Shown one piece after another: positions 28,386-40,581 of a stretch of DNA of 64,000 nt; position 1 is the stretch's first letter, and the number at the start of each line of letters is the position of its first letter. A program made the position numbers and the translations under genes. The notes under the pieces were generated by a model, which did no database searches, had not been told where the DNA came from, and saw nothing but the letters and a program-made list of their open reading frames with translations. This DNA comes from Octopus vulgaris. Its lineage: Eukaryota. Location: positions 496,001 through 560,000 of the forward strand of contig OX597815.1 in assembly GCA_951406725.2 (NCBI GenBank), given 5' to 3'.

Positions 28386-28669
28386 CACATTTAAATATTT
28401 AATACCTACTGTTTGCCCTGAGTGTATACTCACAGCATATACCTGATATACGTATTTAACCAACAGGGAACCTTTACATAGTCAACCTGCAAGAAATAGC
28501 AGCCAATTCTCCCTCCTCACAAACAGTCTTATAAAGGTGTGATACATTGAACTGTGTGTCCTAAAAATACAACTTTTATGGGGATGGTCACATATGGAAC
28601 GTCTTTCATCATAAGTCTTCCCATTTAGGGTTCAGCTGAGACAACATGCCCGAAGACCTTATCTGTGTC

Positions 28670-28712
28670 TTAGTAGTAGTAGTAGTAGTTGTTGTAGTTG
28701 TTATTGTAGTGT

Positions 28713-28743
<31 letters not shown>

Positions 28744-28862
28744 TATTGTAATAGTAGAAGTAGTAGTAGTAGTAGTAGTTGTAGTGGTTATTGTAGTGGT
28801 GGTAGTAGTAGCAGCTACTGTTGTTATTGTAGTGGTAATAGTTGTAGTGGTGGTTGTGGTAG
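28670..28862. repeat. (TAG/TTG/TGG)n compound trinucleotide repeat
   Basis: Direct reading. Confidence 0.95.
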
Positions 28863-29200
28863 ACGTAGCCGTAGTATTTACTGACAAAACAGTGCGCGAA
28901 CGAGAGAGAGAGAGAGAGAAGAAGAAGAAGAGTGCTTGGAAAGCTGGACAAGCAACAGTGCAGGGTGAGTGATGGTGGAGGCGGCGGCGGGGGCGGCGTG
29001 CGGAAAGTGAAACAAGGAGCGGGCGGGCGGGGGGGGGGAGGGTGCACTGTTGGCTGCTGCTGCCGCTGCCGCTGCTGCTGCGGTTGCTGCTGCACTTTAC
29101 TTGTGCACTTTTAGCGACATTTCTAGTCTCGCTCGTGAAATTCAACGATGTCAGCGCGTCCTAACAAAATATCTGGTTAGAGATGGCGGCCGGTATGGGT
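28863..29200 (+). promoter_or_regulatory. CpG-rich candidate promoter / first exon
   Basis: Abrupt CpG and GC enrichment, GC boxes (GGGGCGG), (GA)n, (GCT/GCC)n, YY1-like AGATGGCGGC near 29181, and ATGs followed by donor-like sites CTG|GTTAGA and CCG|GTATGG; not recognisable as a transposon. Confidence 0.5.
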
Positions 29201-30054
29201 GGAAGGGAGAGGAGGGGAGGTTAGTGAAGGAGGAGGAGGAGGGAGGGAGGGAGACGCAGACAGACAGGAAGGTGGAGGAGGAGGGAAATGGAATGCAAGA
29301 GGAAAGAAAAGGGGTCAAAAGGAGGAGGAGGTGTTGGCATTGAAACGTAATGCTAATAGTGGAAGGGAGAGGGGGATAAACAATAAATGTAAGATGAAGA
29401 GAAAGAAGAGGGAAAGAAGCAGACTGCTAAGATTAAAAGGCTGCAAGATGATGATGATGATGATGATGATGATGGTAGTGGTGGAGGGAGGGGGAGGAGG
29501 AGGAGAAAGAAGAGGATGAAGACAGGTGGAAGAGTTGAATGAAAGAAGAAAGAAAAAGAGAAAATTGGAAAGAGAGAAGGAAAAAATGAAGAATGTCGAA
29601 GAGGATTGGCGAAAGGCAAACAATGAGAGAGTTTGTATGGAAGGTAAACGGGGGGGGGGGGGATAGGATAAATATATACTGTACTGGCTTACATTAAATG
29701 GTGTGGCCATGCTGGGGCACCACCTTGAAGAATTTGGTTTAGTTGAACAAGTCGACTCCAGTACTTATTCTATCGGTCACTTTTGTTGAACTGCTAAGTT
29801 ATGGAGACGTAACCACACCAACACCAATTTTCGGTGTATGTGTGAAGATACACACACACATATATATAAATGGTGGTGCCCCAGCATGGCCACAGCTCGT
29901 GAGCTGAAACTAGATAAAATTTTAAAACATAAAAATATATATGCATACATGCATACATCATCATCATCATCATCGTTTAACATCCGTTTTCCGCGCTAGT
30001 GCGGATTGGACGGTGTCATATATGTACATATTTATATATACACATGCATAAAAT

Positions 30055-30920
30055 CATTGTTGTCGTCGTTTAACGTACGCTTTCCATGCTGGCATGGGTT
30101 TGAACAGTTTGACCAGGGACTGGGAAGCCAGGAGGCTGCACCAGGCTCCAATGTGATTTGGCAAGGTTTCTGCAGTTGGATACCCTTCCTAACGTCAACC
30201 ACTCTGAGAATGTAGTGGGTGCTTTTACGTGCCACTGGCATGAGGGCCAGTCAGGTGGTACTAGCATTGGCCCCACTCGAGTGGTGTTCTTTACGTGCCA
30301 CTGGCATGAGGGCCAGTCAGGTGGTACTAGCATTGGCCCCACTCGAGTGGTGTTCTTTACGTGCCACTGGCATGAGGGCCAGTCAGGTGGTACTAGCATT
30401 GGCCCCACTCGAGTGGTGTTCTTTACGTGCCACTGGCATGAGGGCCAGTCAGGTGGTACTAGCATTGGCCCCACTCGAGTGGTGTTCTTTACGTGCCACT
30501 GGCATGAGGGCCAGTCAGGTGGTACTAGCATTGGCCCCACTCGAGTGGTGTTCTTTACGTGCCACTGGCATGAGGGCCAGTCAGGTGGTACTAGCATTGG
30601 CCCCACTCGAGTGGTGTTCTTTACGTGCCACTGGCATGAGGGCCAGTCAGGTGGTACTAGCATTGGCCCCACTCGAGTGGTGTTCTTTACGTGCCACTGG
30701 CATGAGGGCCAGTCAGGTGGTACTAGCATTGGCCCCACTCGAGTGGTGTTCTTTACGTGCCACTGGCATGAGGGCCAGTCAGGTGGTACTAGCATTGGCC
30801 CCACTCGAGTGGTGTTCTTTACGTGCCACTGGCATAGGTGCCAGTCAGGCAGCACTGGCATCGGTCATGACTACAATTTCATTTGGCTTAACACGTCTTC
30901 AAAAGCATGCCATATCACCT
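30055..30920 (-). mobile_element. RTE 3'-UTR element hosting an expanded minisatellite
   Basis: Tail and 3' UTR motifs at 30055-30225 match the other RTE 3' ends. Confidence 0.85.
30224..30835. repeat. Minisatellite, 66-bp unit x ~9.3 identical copies
   Basis: Unit TTTACGTGCCACTGGCATGAGGGCCAGTCAGGTGGTACTAGCATTGGCCCCACTCGAGTGGTGTTC; 22-aa periodicity in the overlapping ORFs; no spacers. Confidence 0.97.
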
Positions 30921-30924
30921 CACA

Positions 30925-32157
30925 ACCAGAACTAGAGAAGATGTTTTAGGTGCAGAAGCAAGGTCTAGAATTGAAGGGCCTTAGAATCAACCTAGCTAAA
31001 ACCAAAGTCCTAATAAGTAGGAAGGCAGGCAAACCACAAATCCCTTCAGGTTGATGGCCCTGCTCAATCTGTAGAAAAAGCATAGGCAGAAACTCCACAA
31101 GATGTACCCAGTGTAAGCTATGGACACATAAGAGGTGCAGCAATATCAGAGGAAGGCTAACCAGGAAGATAGTTTTTGTATGTGGCAAATGCTCAGGGGC
31201 AATAAACACTGAAAATGTGCAGAAAACAGCTTCCATCACATCCCAGGGAGAAGAAAACTAGAAGTAGTCAATAGCTTCCATTACATAGGTGACCAAGTTA
31301 GTAGCTGGGGAGGATGCTCTGAGAGCGCAGCTGCTAGAAAAAGATTAGGCTGGGCAAAGTTCAGAGAGCTCCTACCTCAGTTGGTAACAAAGGGCTTCTC
31401 TGTCAGAGTGAAAGGTAGATTGTATGATGCCTGTGTGTAAACAGCCATAGTATAAGGCAGTGAAACATGGGCTGTGACTGCTGAGGATATGCGTAGACTT
31501 GAAAGAAATGAAGCTAGGATGTTCTGCTAGATGTGTAATGCCAGTGTGCATACATGGCAGAGTGTAAGTGACCTGAGAGAAAAGTTGGACATAAGAAGCA
31601 TCAGATGTGGTGTGCAAGAGAGATGACTGCACCGGTATGGTTATGTCGTATGTATGGATGAGGACAGCTGTGTGAGAAAGTGTCACAACCTAACAGTGGA
31701 GGAAACTTGTGGAAGATGTAGACCCAGGAAGACATGGGATGAGGTGGTGAAGCACGATTTTCGAACGTTGGGCCTCACAAAGGCAATGACAAGTGACAAG
31801 CCTTTGGAGATATGTCATGTTTGAGAAGATCATAGTCATGGTCAATGCCAGTGTTGCATAACTGGCCTGTTTAAAAGCACCTTCAATATATATATATTGG
31901 TACCTGTGCCGGTGGGACGTAAATGCACCCTAGTGTTACACAAATGGCACCCATGCTGGTGGCATGTAAAAGCACCCATTACATACTCGGAATGGTTGGC
32001 ATTAGGAAGGGCATCCAGCCATAGAAACCATGCCAAATCAGACAGGAGTATGGTGCAGCCCCTCAGCTTGCCAGCCCTAGTCAAACCATCCAACATGGAC
32101 ATTGGCCAGCATGGACAACGAACGTTAAAATGATGAGGATGAATGATAATGATGATA
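30925..32157 (+). mobile_element. 5'-truncated RTE LINE
   Basis: KQGLELKGLRINLAKTKV...CTQCKLWTHKRC...SETW...RPRKTWDEVVKHD, 3' UTR and degenerate (GAT)n tail; many stops. Confidence 0.9.
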
Positions 32158-32552
32158 TATATAGGGAGAGTTCACGAAAAACAAAAGACGAAGACAGGTG
32201 GTGTACAAAACAAACAGATGTATTAGTATAACGCTCAGGAATTGAAAAAGTCTTTTACGTTTTGAGCCTACGCTCTTCTGCAGAAAGAGACACAGAAAAA
32301 AACAAAGAGAGAAAAAAATGTGTGTAGTGTCTAGGGTATGAAAGGTATTGGTGTCAGGAAGAACCAGAAGGTATCGGGTAAAAGCTAAGTAAGTGCTATG
32401 GATCGGCCATGGTTAAGCTCCAGGCTCGGTAATGATACGAGTGAGGAGTCCAACGTGGGTCATGTATTAGCATGCGGACATATAAATTGACAGAATGAGA
32501 TTAAAAAAATCCAAGGCAGTAAAAAGATTTCATAAAATTTATCAAGAAATGG

Positions 32553-32598
32553 TCTTACAGCTGTTTCCCGGATATTTTATATATCCCTTCATCAGAGA
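32553..32598 (-). ncRNA. Minimal type-I hammerhead ribozyme motif (PLE-type)
   Basis: Minus strand TCT-CTGATGA-AG-GGATAT(ATAAA)ATATCC-GG-GAAA-CAGCTG-TA-AGA: canonical core, palindromic stem III, GUA cleavage triplet, 3-bp stem I. Confidence 0.65.
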
Positions 32599-33219
32599 TG
32601 GTGCGAGAAAATGTTTTGAGTATTAATTATTGTAGAGAAGATATGAAATACAGAGGGAAATAAGAGAATGAATATAGAAGTGAGATACATCAGGATATTG
32701 TATTTGCAGTTCCATTATTCAAGTAGAATGGTGTATATAAATGGGGAAAAAATGGGGGGGGAGGTGAAGAAATTTTCTTGTACCTGGTGTGTGGGTTCCA
32801 ATGGTAGTTATATTTGGTCTTCCTGTCTTTGATTTGACCCATCTCCTCTTTCTGATCATCTCTCCTCCCTCTATATATCTATTAACACCACCAACACATT
32901 TTAATTCACACCAAAAAAAAAAAACCCTCGATCGACCAACACTGTTTACAAGGCTCTATGCTTGGATTGATCAAATATAACTACCATTGGAACCCACACA
33001 CCAGGTACAAGAAAATTTCTCCCCTCCTCCAAACTTCTTCACCACTTATATACACCATTCTACTTGAATAATGGAACTGCAAATACAATATCCTGATGTA
33101 TCTCACTTCTATATTCATTCTCTTATTTCCCTCTGTATTTCATATCTTCTCTACAATAATTTATACTCAAACATTTTCTCGCACCATCTCTGATGAAGGG
33201 ATATATAAAATATCCGGGA
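32567..33219. repeat. About 250-bp inverted repeat (PLE pseudo-LTR-like)
   Basis: About 32567-32819 is the reverse complement of about 32968-33219 with few differences; spacer about 150 bp. Confidence 0.92.
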
Positions 33220-33229
33220 TATATATATA

Positions 33230-33728
33230 TCATCATCATCATTGTTCGACCATGGTTGAGACAATGGAATTTATTATGCTATGCCAGACTTCACGGTCCA
33301 TCATAGCATTACGGAGGTCCTGTTGTTGGATGCCTGTATCCCTGAAGATTACATCAGGGTAGGAGAGTGTGCGTCCTCTTGTATCGCGAGCAGATGGCTT
33401 CCAGAGGAGAAGAGTAGAAATTACCTCTTTTACAGCTCTACAACAATGTCCAGCAAACTGAACTCTTCTGCCTTTCACAAGAGATGATACAGGTGGTAGT
33501 TTCCCATATATTTGCATTTTGGTTGGATGGCGCTTCCACAAGAGATTTTGAGCTCTCATAAGGAGGCGAGTGTAAGTTCCATCCAACTGCCTCTCAAGCT
33601 TCTTTGATAACATCCAGGTTTCTGAGCCATATAGTAGAATTGGTTCGACTGTGGCTTTGAAGATTTTAAGTTTGAAATCTCTACTTAGATTTGATGACCA
33701 GATCTTATGCATGTCATTACAGGCTGTA
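33230..33728 (-). mobile_element. RTE-clade LINE 3' end (third family)
   Basis: ORF 33239-33712 KIFKATVEPILLYGSETW...GRRVQFAGHC...AMMDREVW, ending directly in a (TGA)n tail. Confidence 0.88.
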
Positions 33729-34968
33729 CTAATGACCTTGAATTGATTAACCCTACTAATGGTGAGTTACACAGGCAGACTGTAGAGGGGGGGGCACAAG
33801 GGTGGACTATAGAGGCATTGTAGATTGTTTACTCTGTGAAGTTCTCAACTTATTGGGTTTTAGAGGGGCAACAAGGAAACTTTCATTCAGTCTGTGATCA
33901 AATCTACATAGGAAGCTATCAGATGGTTTAGGATTAAGAAGCTGCAAGTCAGGGCTGAGTAAACCTTAGCTGCTGACCCCCACTCCTCTAGGTAACATCA
34001 CTAATGTTATGTTCCAGATCATTCAGGAGATGGATCTCACACCCACACACCACGTTGAAATTTGCAAACTTGAGGAAGAAGTGCTCTATACGGAAATACT
34101 CCATACTATGGTACTCTATAGCAAAGTACTCTGCAAGGAAGTACTCTATGTAGAAAAAGAATGTTATTATTTGATATGGTGCTGAGATTACTTTCTGCTG
34201 GTGATGTCTGGAAGCCTCTGCATTATAAATGGTTGTAGGATGAAGATGATTGAAGCAAGGTGATGTCATAGGATGCATTTAAAATAAAATGAAGAAAATA
34301 TTTTTAAAATGAAAGGAAAAAAAAGAAAAGAAAAAGTCATATAATTAAGTGAATAATAAAACAACTACAACATACATAGAGCTGCATATATTATATACAT
34401 ACTTTATATTACTCTACCCCTGGTATTTGAGTACTCTTTTTTTCCACCTTGTTTCACATTTATGTGTTTACTCCAGTATATTATATACATATATAGTTAT
34501 GTATATTATGTGTGTGTGTATATGTATATACACACACACACACATGTACATACTGGAGTATTCAAATGCACAAATACATAAACATACACACACACACAGG
34601 TACATGTGTATGCTCACATAATGCATGCATGTATCCATGCAACCATCGACCTCCTTGCCTATCCACAGACATAAATCTCCACAAAGGCAGTGACATTGAC
34701 TGCATGTATATAAGCCATCCATCTAACCAGCCAACCAATCACTGTTGGCTGTCAGTCTGTCTGTCTGCCTGCCCGCCCCTTTATCTAGCTGTTCATCTGT
34801 CTGAGTATCTATATAAACATAGGGGAAAAAAAAACAGCTACTCCATCAGTTGTGACAAGTGTTCCAGTTGGTCCAATCAATGGAACAGCCCGCTTGTGAA
34901 ATCAACATGCAAGTGGTTGAGCATGCCACAGACACATACATACATATATCTATACTATATATATATAT

Positions 34969-35035
<67 letters not shown>

Positions 35036-35283
35036 ATAACAAATTAATAAATAAAACATATGCATATATACATACATATATGTACGTACCTACCTCTACA
35101 TGTATATATACATGCATATATGGGTACAGGACACCAAAAAAACGTTGAACACAAAGAGAAACGAAAACATAAACACAAAACCAAGGAAATGGACATTTTT
35201 CTTAAACAACGAAAAAATAGAGTACAGGACATACAATACAAGGAAAATTCCCCTTCTTCAGCCACATATATATACATACATAC

Positions 35284-35333
<50 letters not shown>

Positions 35334-35334
<1 letters not shown>

Positions 35335-36000
35335 TAGATGTACCTGCCATGACCCACTGGGTCACAACCACTCCAAGTTGAAAATGCCAATACATGGCAG
35401 GAAACAAATAAAATACAATTTGGAACTCCGTGCAATAAAATTCTTAGATAATGCAGTTCTGCTGCCTTTGCTGTGACAACATAAACACAACCAGGTGTGT
35501 TTATTCTTTGAAAATGTTCAAATGGCCTTCAATTCTTCTCCCTCACTTTCTTCCTTGCCATTCTTCCAAGTGAAATAGATGGCTACCTGAGCATAAAGTC
35601 ATCATTGGTGCACAATGAAAGGAATTCTGTCAATGTTGTTCTCATGTTGTTCATTGACAGCCAGATTTATTTATCTTCATAATTTCAGAGCAATATTCTT
35701 TGTTCATTTGGCAGATGAACTTGCAGTCTCACTATTTCAGGTGCTCTTTCATGAATTGAAAATCCTAAAATGGATGTAACTGCTTCGAATGGTCCAATAT
35801 ACCAACCCATTAGATATTGACTAATTTTGCTATCATTGTTTATTTGAACAGAAGCTGGGTCATTTCCTTTCCATGTGTACCAGATGACATACTTAATTTA
35901 CCTCATTGAATAATTAATGACTTCAACATTGCAGAGGCATTGAATGCTCTTAAAAGGGTTTCTTTAGAAAGTACAACCCATTTGTTGCTGCTTGTTTTGC
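35334..36000 (-). mobile_element. Helitron RepHel remnant with Helitron-like 3' terminus
   Basis: Manual translation SNKWVV...LLRAFNA/CNVEV...IKYVIWYTWKGNDPA...ISQYLMGWYIGPFEAVTSILGFSIHERAPEIVRLQVHLPNEQRI matches the Helitron region NxWIVPYN...HINVE...IKY..KG.D...GRYI...EA.WRI..FPIHER.P.V..L.VHL; hairpin TGACCC-ACT-GGGTCA (35350-35364) lies 12 nt from CTAG (35334-35337). Confidence 0.85.
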
Positions 36001-36093
36001 TATTCTTATCACATTCAACTCCTCCCACTGAAACTCATCTTCATCTCTCTCTCTGTTTTTCTGCTTTTTGATTAAGATGATCAAGATTAATCC

Positions 36094-38500
36094 TCATCAT
36101 TTAACGTCCGTTTTCCATGCTAGCAACCAGATGGCTGCACCAGGCTTCAGTCTTGATCTGGCAGAGTTTCTACAGCCTGATGCCCTTCCTAACGCCAACC
36201 ACTCCGAGAGTGTAGTGGGTGCTTTTTACGTGCCACCTGCACGGGGGCCTTGTCAGGCGGTACTGGTAATGACCTCGCTTGAATCTTTTTACACGTGCCA
36301 CTGACACAGGTACCAGTGAAGCGACGTTGGTAAAAATCACGCTCAAATGGTGCCCTTTTACGTGCCACGGGTACGGAAGCCAGTTGGCTGCTCTGGCAAC
36401 AATCATGCTCGGATGTTGCTCTTAGCACCCTACTAGCACAGGCATGAGTGCCAGTAAGGCGAGGCTGGTAACGATCATACTCGAATAGCTGCTCTGTCAA
36501 CGATCACACTCGTATGGTGCTCTTTGCACCCCGCTAGCACGGACGCCAGTCATCGAAATGATTTTGATTTTGATTTCATTTGCCTCAACAGGTCTTCCCA
36601 AGCAAAGTTTAGTGACCAAAGGAGGAAAAGCTACACATAAGTGGGCTGGTTATGCTCCTGGCATAGGCCACAGATTGTGGTTTCATCTGGCTTGCTGGGT
36701 CTTCTCGAGCACAGCATATTTCCAAAAGTCTCAGTCTCTAGTCATCTTCTTGGTGAGGCCAAATGTTCGAAGGTTGTGCTTCACCACTTCATCCCAGGTC
36801 TTCCTAGCTCTACCTCTTCCACAGGTTCCCTCAACCGCTAGGGTGTGGCACTTTTCCACACAACTATCCTCATCCATTCTCACCACATGACCATACCAGC
36901 GCAGTCATCTCTCTTGCACACCACATCTGATGCTTCTTAGGTCCAACTTTTCTCTCAAGGTACTTACACTCTGTCGAGTAAGCACACTGACATTACACAT
37001 CCATCGGATCATACTGGCTTCATTCCTTGCGAGCTTACGCATGTCCTCAGCAGTCACGGCCCATGTTTCACTGCCATGTAGCATGGCTGTTCATACACAT
37101 GCGTCATACAGTCTACCTTTTACTCTGAGTGAGAGGCCCTTTGTCACCAGCAGAGGTAAGAGCTCTCTGAACTTTGCCCAAGCTATTCTTATTCTAGCAG
37201 CTACACTTTCAGCACATGTTCCTCCACACCTGATTTGGTCACCAAGATATCGGAAGCTATTAACTACTTGTAGTTTTTCTCCCTGGAATGTGACGGAAGT
37301 TGGTCCCTGCGCATTTTCAGTGTTTATAGTTCCTGAGCATCTGCCACATACAAAAACTATCTTCCCAGTTAGCCTTCCTTTGATATTACTGCACCTCTTA
37401 TGTGTCCATAGCTTACACTTGGTACATCTTATAAAGTTTCTACCTACACCTCTACTACAGATCGAGCAGGGCCATCTACCTGAAGGGATTTGTGGTTTGC
37501 CTGCCTTCCTATTTATTAGGACTTTGGTTTTAGCTAGGTTGATTCTAAGGCCCTTCAATTCTAATCCTTGTTTCCACACCTGAAACTTCTCCTCTAGTCT
37601 CTGATAGCGACTCAGCGATTAGAGCAAGGTCGTCAGCATAGAGGAGCTCCCAGGGGCATCCTGTCTGGAATTCCTCTGTTATTGCCTGGAGGACTATGAT
37701 AAATAGGAGGGAGGCTGAGGACTGAACCTTGGTGGGCCCCAACCTCTACCTTGAATTCTTCAGTGTACTTGTTGCCAACCCTCACCTTACTTACAGCGTC
37801 CCTGTACATGGCTTGCACAGCTCTCAATAACCATTCATCTATCCCTAGTCTCCTCATTGACCACCAGATAAGGGATCGGGGGACCCTGTCAAAGGCTTTC
37901 TCCATGTCAACGAAAGCCAGGTACAGGGTCTTATCTTTGGCTAGGTATTTCTCCTGCAGCTGTCTCACCAGGAATATGGCATCAGTGGTGCTTTTCCCTG
38001 GCACGAAAGCAAACTGCATCTCATCCAAGTTGACTCTCTCCCTAAGAAGTTGAGCTATGACCCTCTCTGTAACCTTCATTACCTGATCCAACAGCTTCTA
38101 ATTGCCTTGACTAGCAAGGAACTGTCAACACAGATAGCTGGTCCCTCAGTTGGGTCGACATTCGGCAGACTCTCTTTCTCCCATGCATTGTCTTTATTCA
38201 GCAACCTTTCATAGTGGCGTCTCCAAATCACTCTCTTTGCATCCTCATTTAGCGCAAGTGAGCATTCATCCGTGCGAACACATTTCTCTCCTACCATATC
38301 ACAATTCTCTCTCACACACTGTCTTGCAACACGAAATACCTCAAGTCTTTCGCCCTCACGGCGCAGAACATTGGCAAATTTTTTCTTATCTGCTTCCCCT
38401 CTGGCTAAATACACCTGCCTCCTAGCTTCCCTTCTGGCAGTCTGATACACTTCCCTGCTACCACTGTTCTTCCAGTCCTTCCAAGCCTGTTTCTTTTGTC
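36094..38500 (-). mobile_element. RTE LINE, 2.4-kb 5'-truncated copy
   Basis: ORFs 38079-38450, 37633-38091 (QFAFVPGKSTTDAIF, FVDMEKAFDRV), LLYADD, 37091-37579 (Cys/His finger, FRYLG), long 3' UTR with diverged ~66-bp repeats, tail at 36094. Confidence 0.93.
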
Positions 38501-38542
38501 ATGTGTATGTGTGTGTGTGTCTATCTATATATATATATGTGT

Positions 38543-39410
38543 ATTAGGGTGTTTGGAAAGGAATTGTATTTTACCAGAAAGGATATAAAGATGAATGTAA
38601 ACTAGATTTATTTGAATAGTTTTTATCAAGAATATAATCTCCATTGTTTTCAATGACTGCAGCCCAATGGGAAAGTAACATTTTTTTTATGCCACATTCA
38701 AATAAACTTATCTCTTTTCCTGAAAAAACCTGAAAAACTATTTTAACTTCTTTGTTTCTGAATGTTTTGCCTCTTATAAAATGTTCTAGTGATTGGAACA
38801 GATGGAAATCCGTAGGTGCTAAGTCAGGTGAGTATTGAGGATGCGGAAGGGCTTCCCATCCTAATGATCTTATTTTTTCTTGAGTTTGTTTTGAAGAGTG
38901 TGGCTGTGCATCGAATAACACCTTTCCTGTTTACCAAAGTTGGCCACTTTCGACGTAATTTTTCTTTTATATGATTAAGTTATTGGCAATAGACATCTGC
39001 ATTGATGGTCCTTCCATGTTCCAGTAGCCTCATAACTGACAATATCTTTTATGTTCCACCAAACATAGAGCAAGGGATTTTGTGGATGGAGTTCTGGCTT
39101 CAGTGTTGGCACCGGTCTCTCGTTATGTGATAACCATTGTCTTTTTTGTTTTCTGTTGTGATGCAAAACCCATTTTTCATCACCTGTAACAATGTGCTGC
39201 AGAAATAACAGGTTATTAGTTCTGCTTAGAAGACTGCTGCAGATGGTGGAATGTTGTGTTTGGTTCTCAAGTATAAACTCAAGTGGAAACCAAATACACT
39301 TTGCAAATGTTTTGCATTGCTTCTGTTGTGGTACTTTTCTTTCAAAACTCATACAGTAAGCAATAGTGAACATGTTGTTTCATAAAGTCCTTGTCCTCCA
39401 TGCCAACCAA
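38543..39410 (-). mobile_element. Decayed mariner transposon
   Basis: IVTGDEKWV, LHPQ...VWW, WEALPHPQYSPDLAPTDFHLF, ENNGDYI; one TIR-like end TTAGGGTGTTTGGAAAG at about 38544. Confidence 0.88.
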
Positions 39411-39471
39411 AGCCTTGTGAGTGGATTTGGTAGACGGAAACTGGAAGAAGCCTGTCATACATATATATAAT

Positions 39472-39806
39472 CCCAAAATTAAGGAACGGAGTAGATATAA
39501 TCCAGGCTATATATGTTTCATAGCAAGTAGAACCTCAGAAATAGTAAATATCCAAATGAGGCGTAAACTGCAGGCTACTTTTCAGCCCTAGGCTATCTTG
39601 ATTATATGATGTTTACTTTGGCATTAAGAGGTACAAGTTAACATATGGAGGATTCAGTCAGAATGTGTAGAAAGCAGAGTTTGAGTGGAAAATGTAACTG
39701 TGAAGAGAAATTATACACCTTGCTTGGATATTTAATACTTCTCAAGTTCCACTTGCTATGAAACATATGAAGCCTGGATCTTACCTATTCCATTCTTTAA
39801 CTTTTG
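39472..39806. repeat. Diverged inverted repeat, about 88-bp arms
   Basis: ATCCAGGCT..ATATGTTTCATAGCAAGT.GAAC...AAATATCCAA at 39472-39560 is mirrored at 39718-39806. Confidence 0.8.
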
Positions 39807-40015
39807 CATTTTTATTCACTACCCAGCAACCCTGACTGCCAACCATGAACTATAAAATAATCTTTTTCCGCCTATAGCACTTTGACACACGAAAACTCCA
39901 CAACATTCCCCTTCAATAAACCACTGTTGTTCCTGAAAGTTGTCTTTTATACTTTCTACGGATTGCTTGAAGTTCACTTTCTTCCTTCACCTCAATCCTT
40001 CGATCCTATATATGT

Positions 40016-40482
40016 ATCATCATCATCGTTTAATGTCCATTTTCCGCGCTAGCACGGGTTGGACGGTTCGACCGGGGATCTGGGAAGCCAGAAGGCTGCA
40101 CCAGGCTCCAGTCTTATCTGGCAATGTTTCTACAGCTGGATGCCCTTCCTAACGCCAACCACTCCGAGAGTGTAGTGGGTGCTTTTTACATGCCACCTGC
40201 ACAGGTGCCAGGCGAGGCTGGCAACGGCCACGGTCGGCCAGTGCCATTCAAGCATGGTCGATGCCAGTATTGCCTGACTGGCCCTCATGCCGGTGGCACG
40301 TAAAAAGCGCCCACTACACTCTCAGAGTGGTTGGCATTAGGAAGAGCATCCAGCTGTAGAAACTTTGCCAGATCAGATTAGAGCTTGATACAGCCTTCCC
40401 GCTTGCTAGTCCTCAGTCAAACTGTCCAACCCATGCCAGCATGGAAAGCAAACAGTAACTGATGATGATGATGATGATGATG
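40016..40482. mobile_element. Head-to-head pair of RTE 3'-end fragments
   Basis: Minus copy with (CAT)n at 40016 and plus copy with (GAT)n ending at about 40482, joined near 40240. Confidence 0.85.
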
Positions 40483-40533
40483 CATGCACCATGTCCTCAC
40501 TTTGTCGAGTTTTTCTTGTTTCTTTGGATTAAT

Positions 40534-40577
<44 letters not shown>

Positions 40578-40581
<4 letters not shown>

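Noticed and set aside
28609-29145. 178-aa Thr/Ser-rich ORF (mucin-like)
   Set aside because: Built from (TAG)n, (GA)n and (GCT)n repeats; no domain recognisable.
30224-30835. CRISPR-like array with palindromic repeats
   Set aside because: Units are identical and head-to-tail with no unique spacers, there are no cas genes, the context is eukaryotic, and the unit derives from the RTE 3' UTR.
30070-30949. 263-aa repeat proteins
   Set aside because: By-product of the 66-bp unit; open in several frames on both strands.
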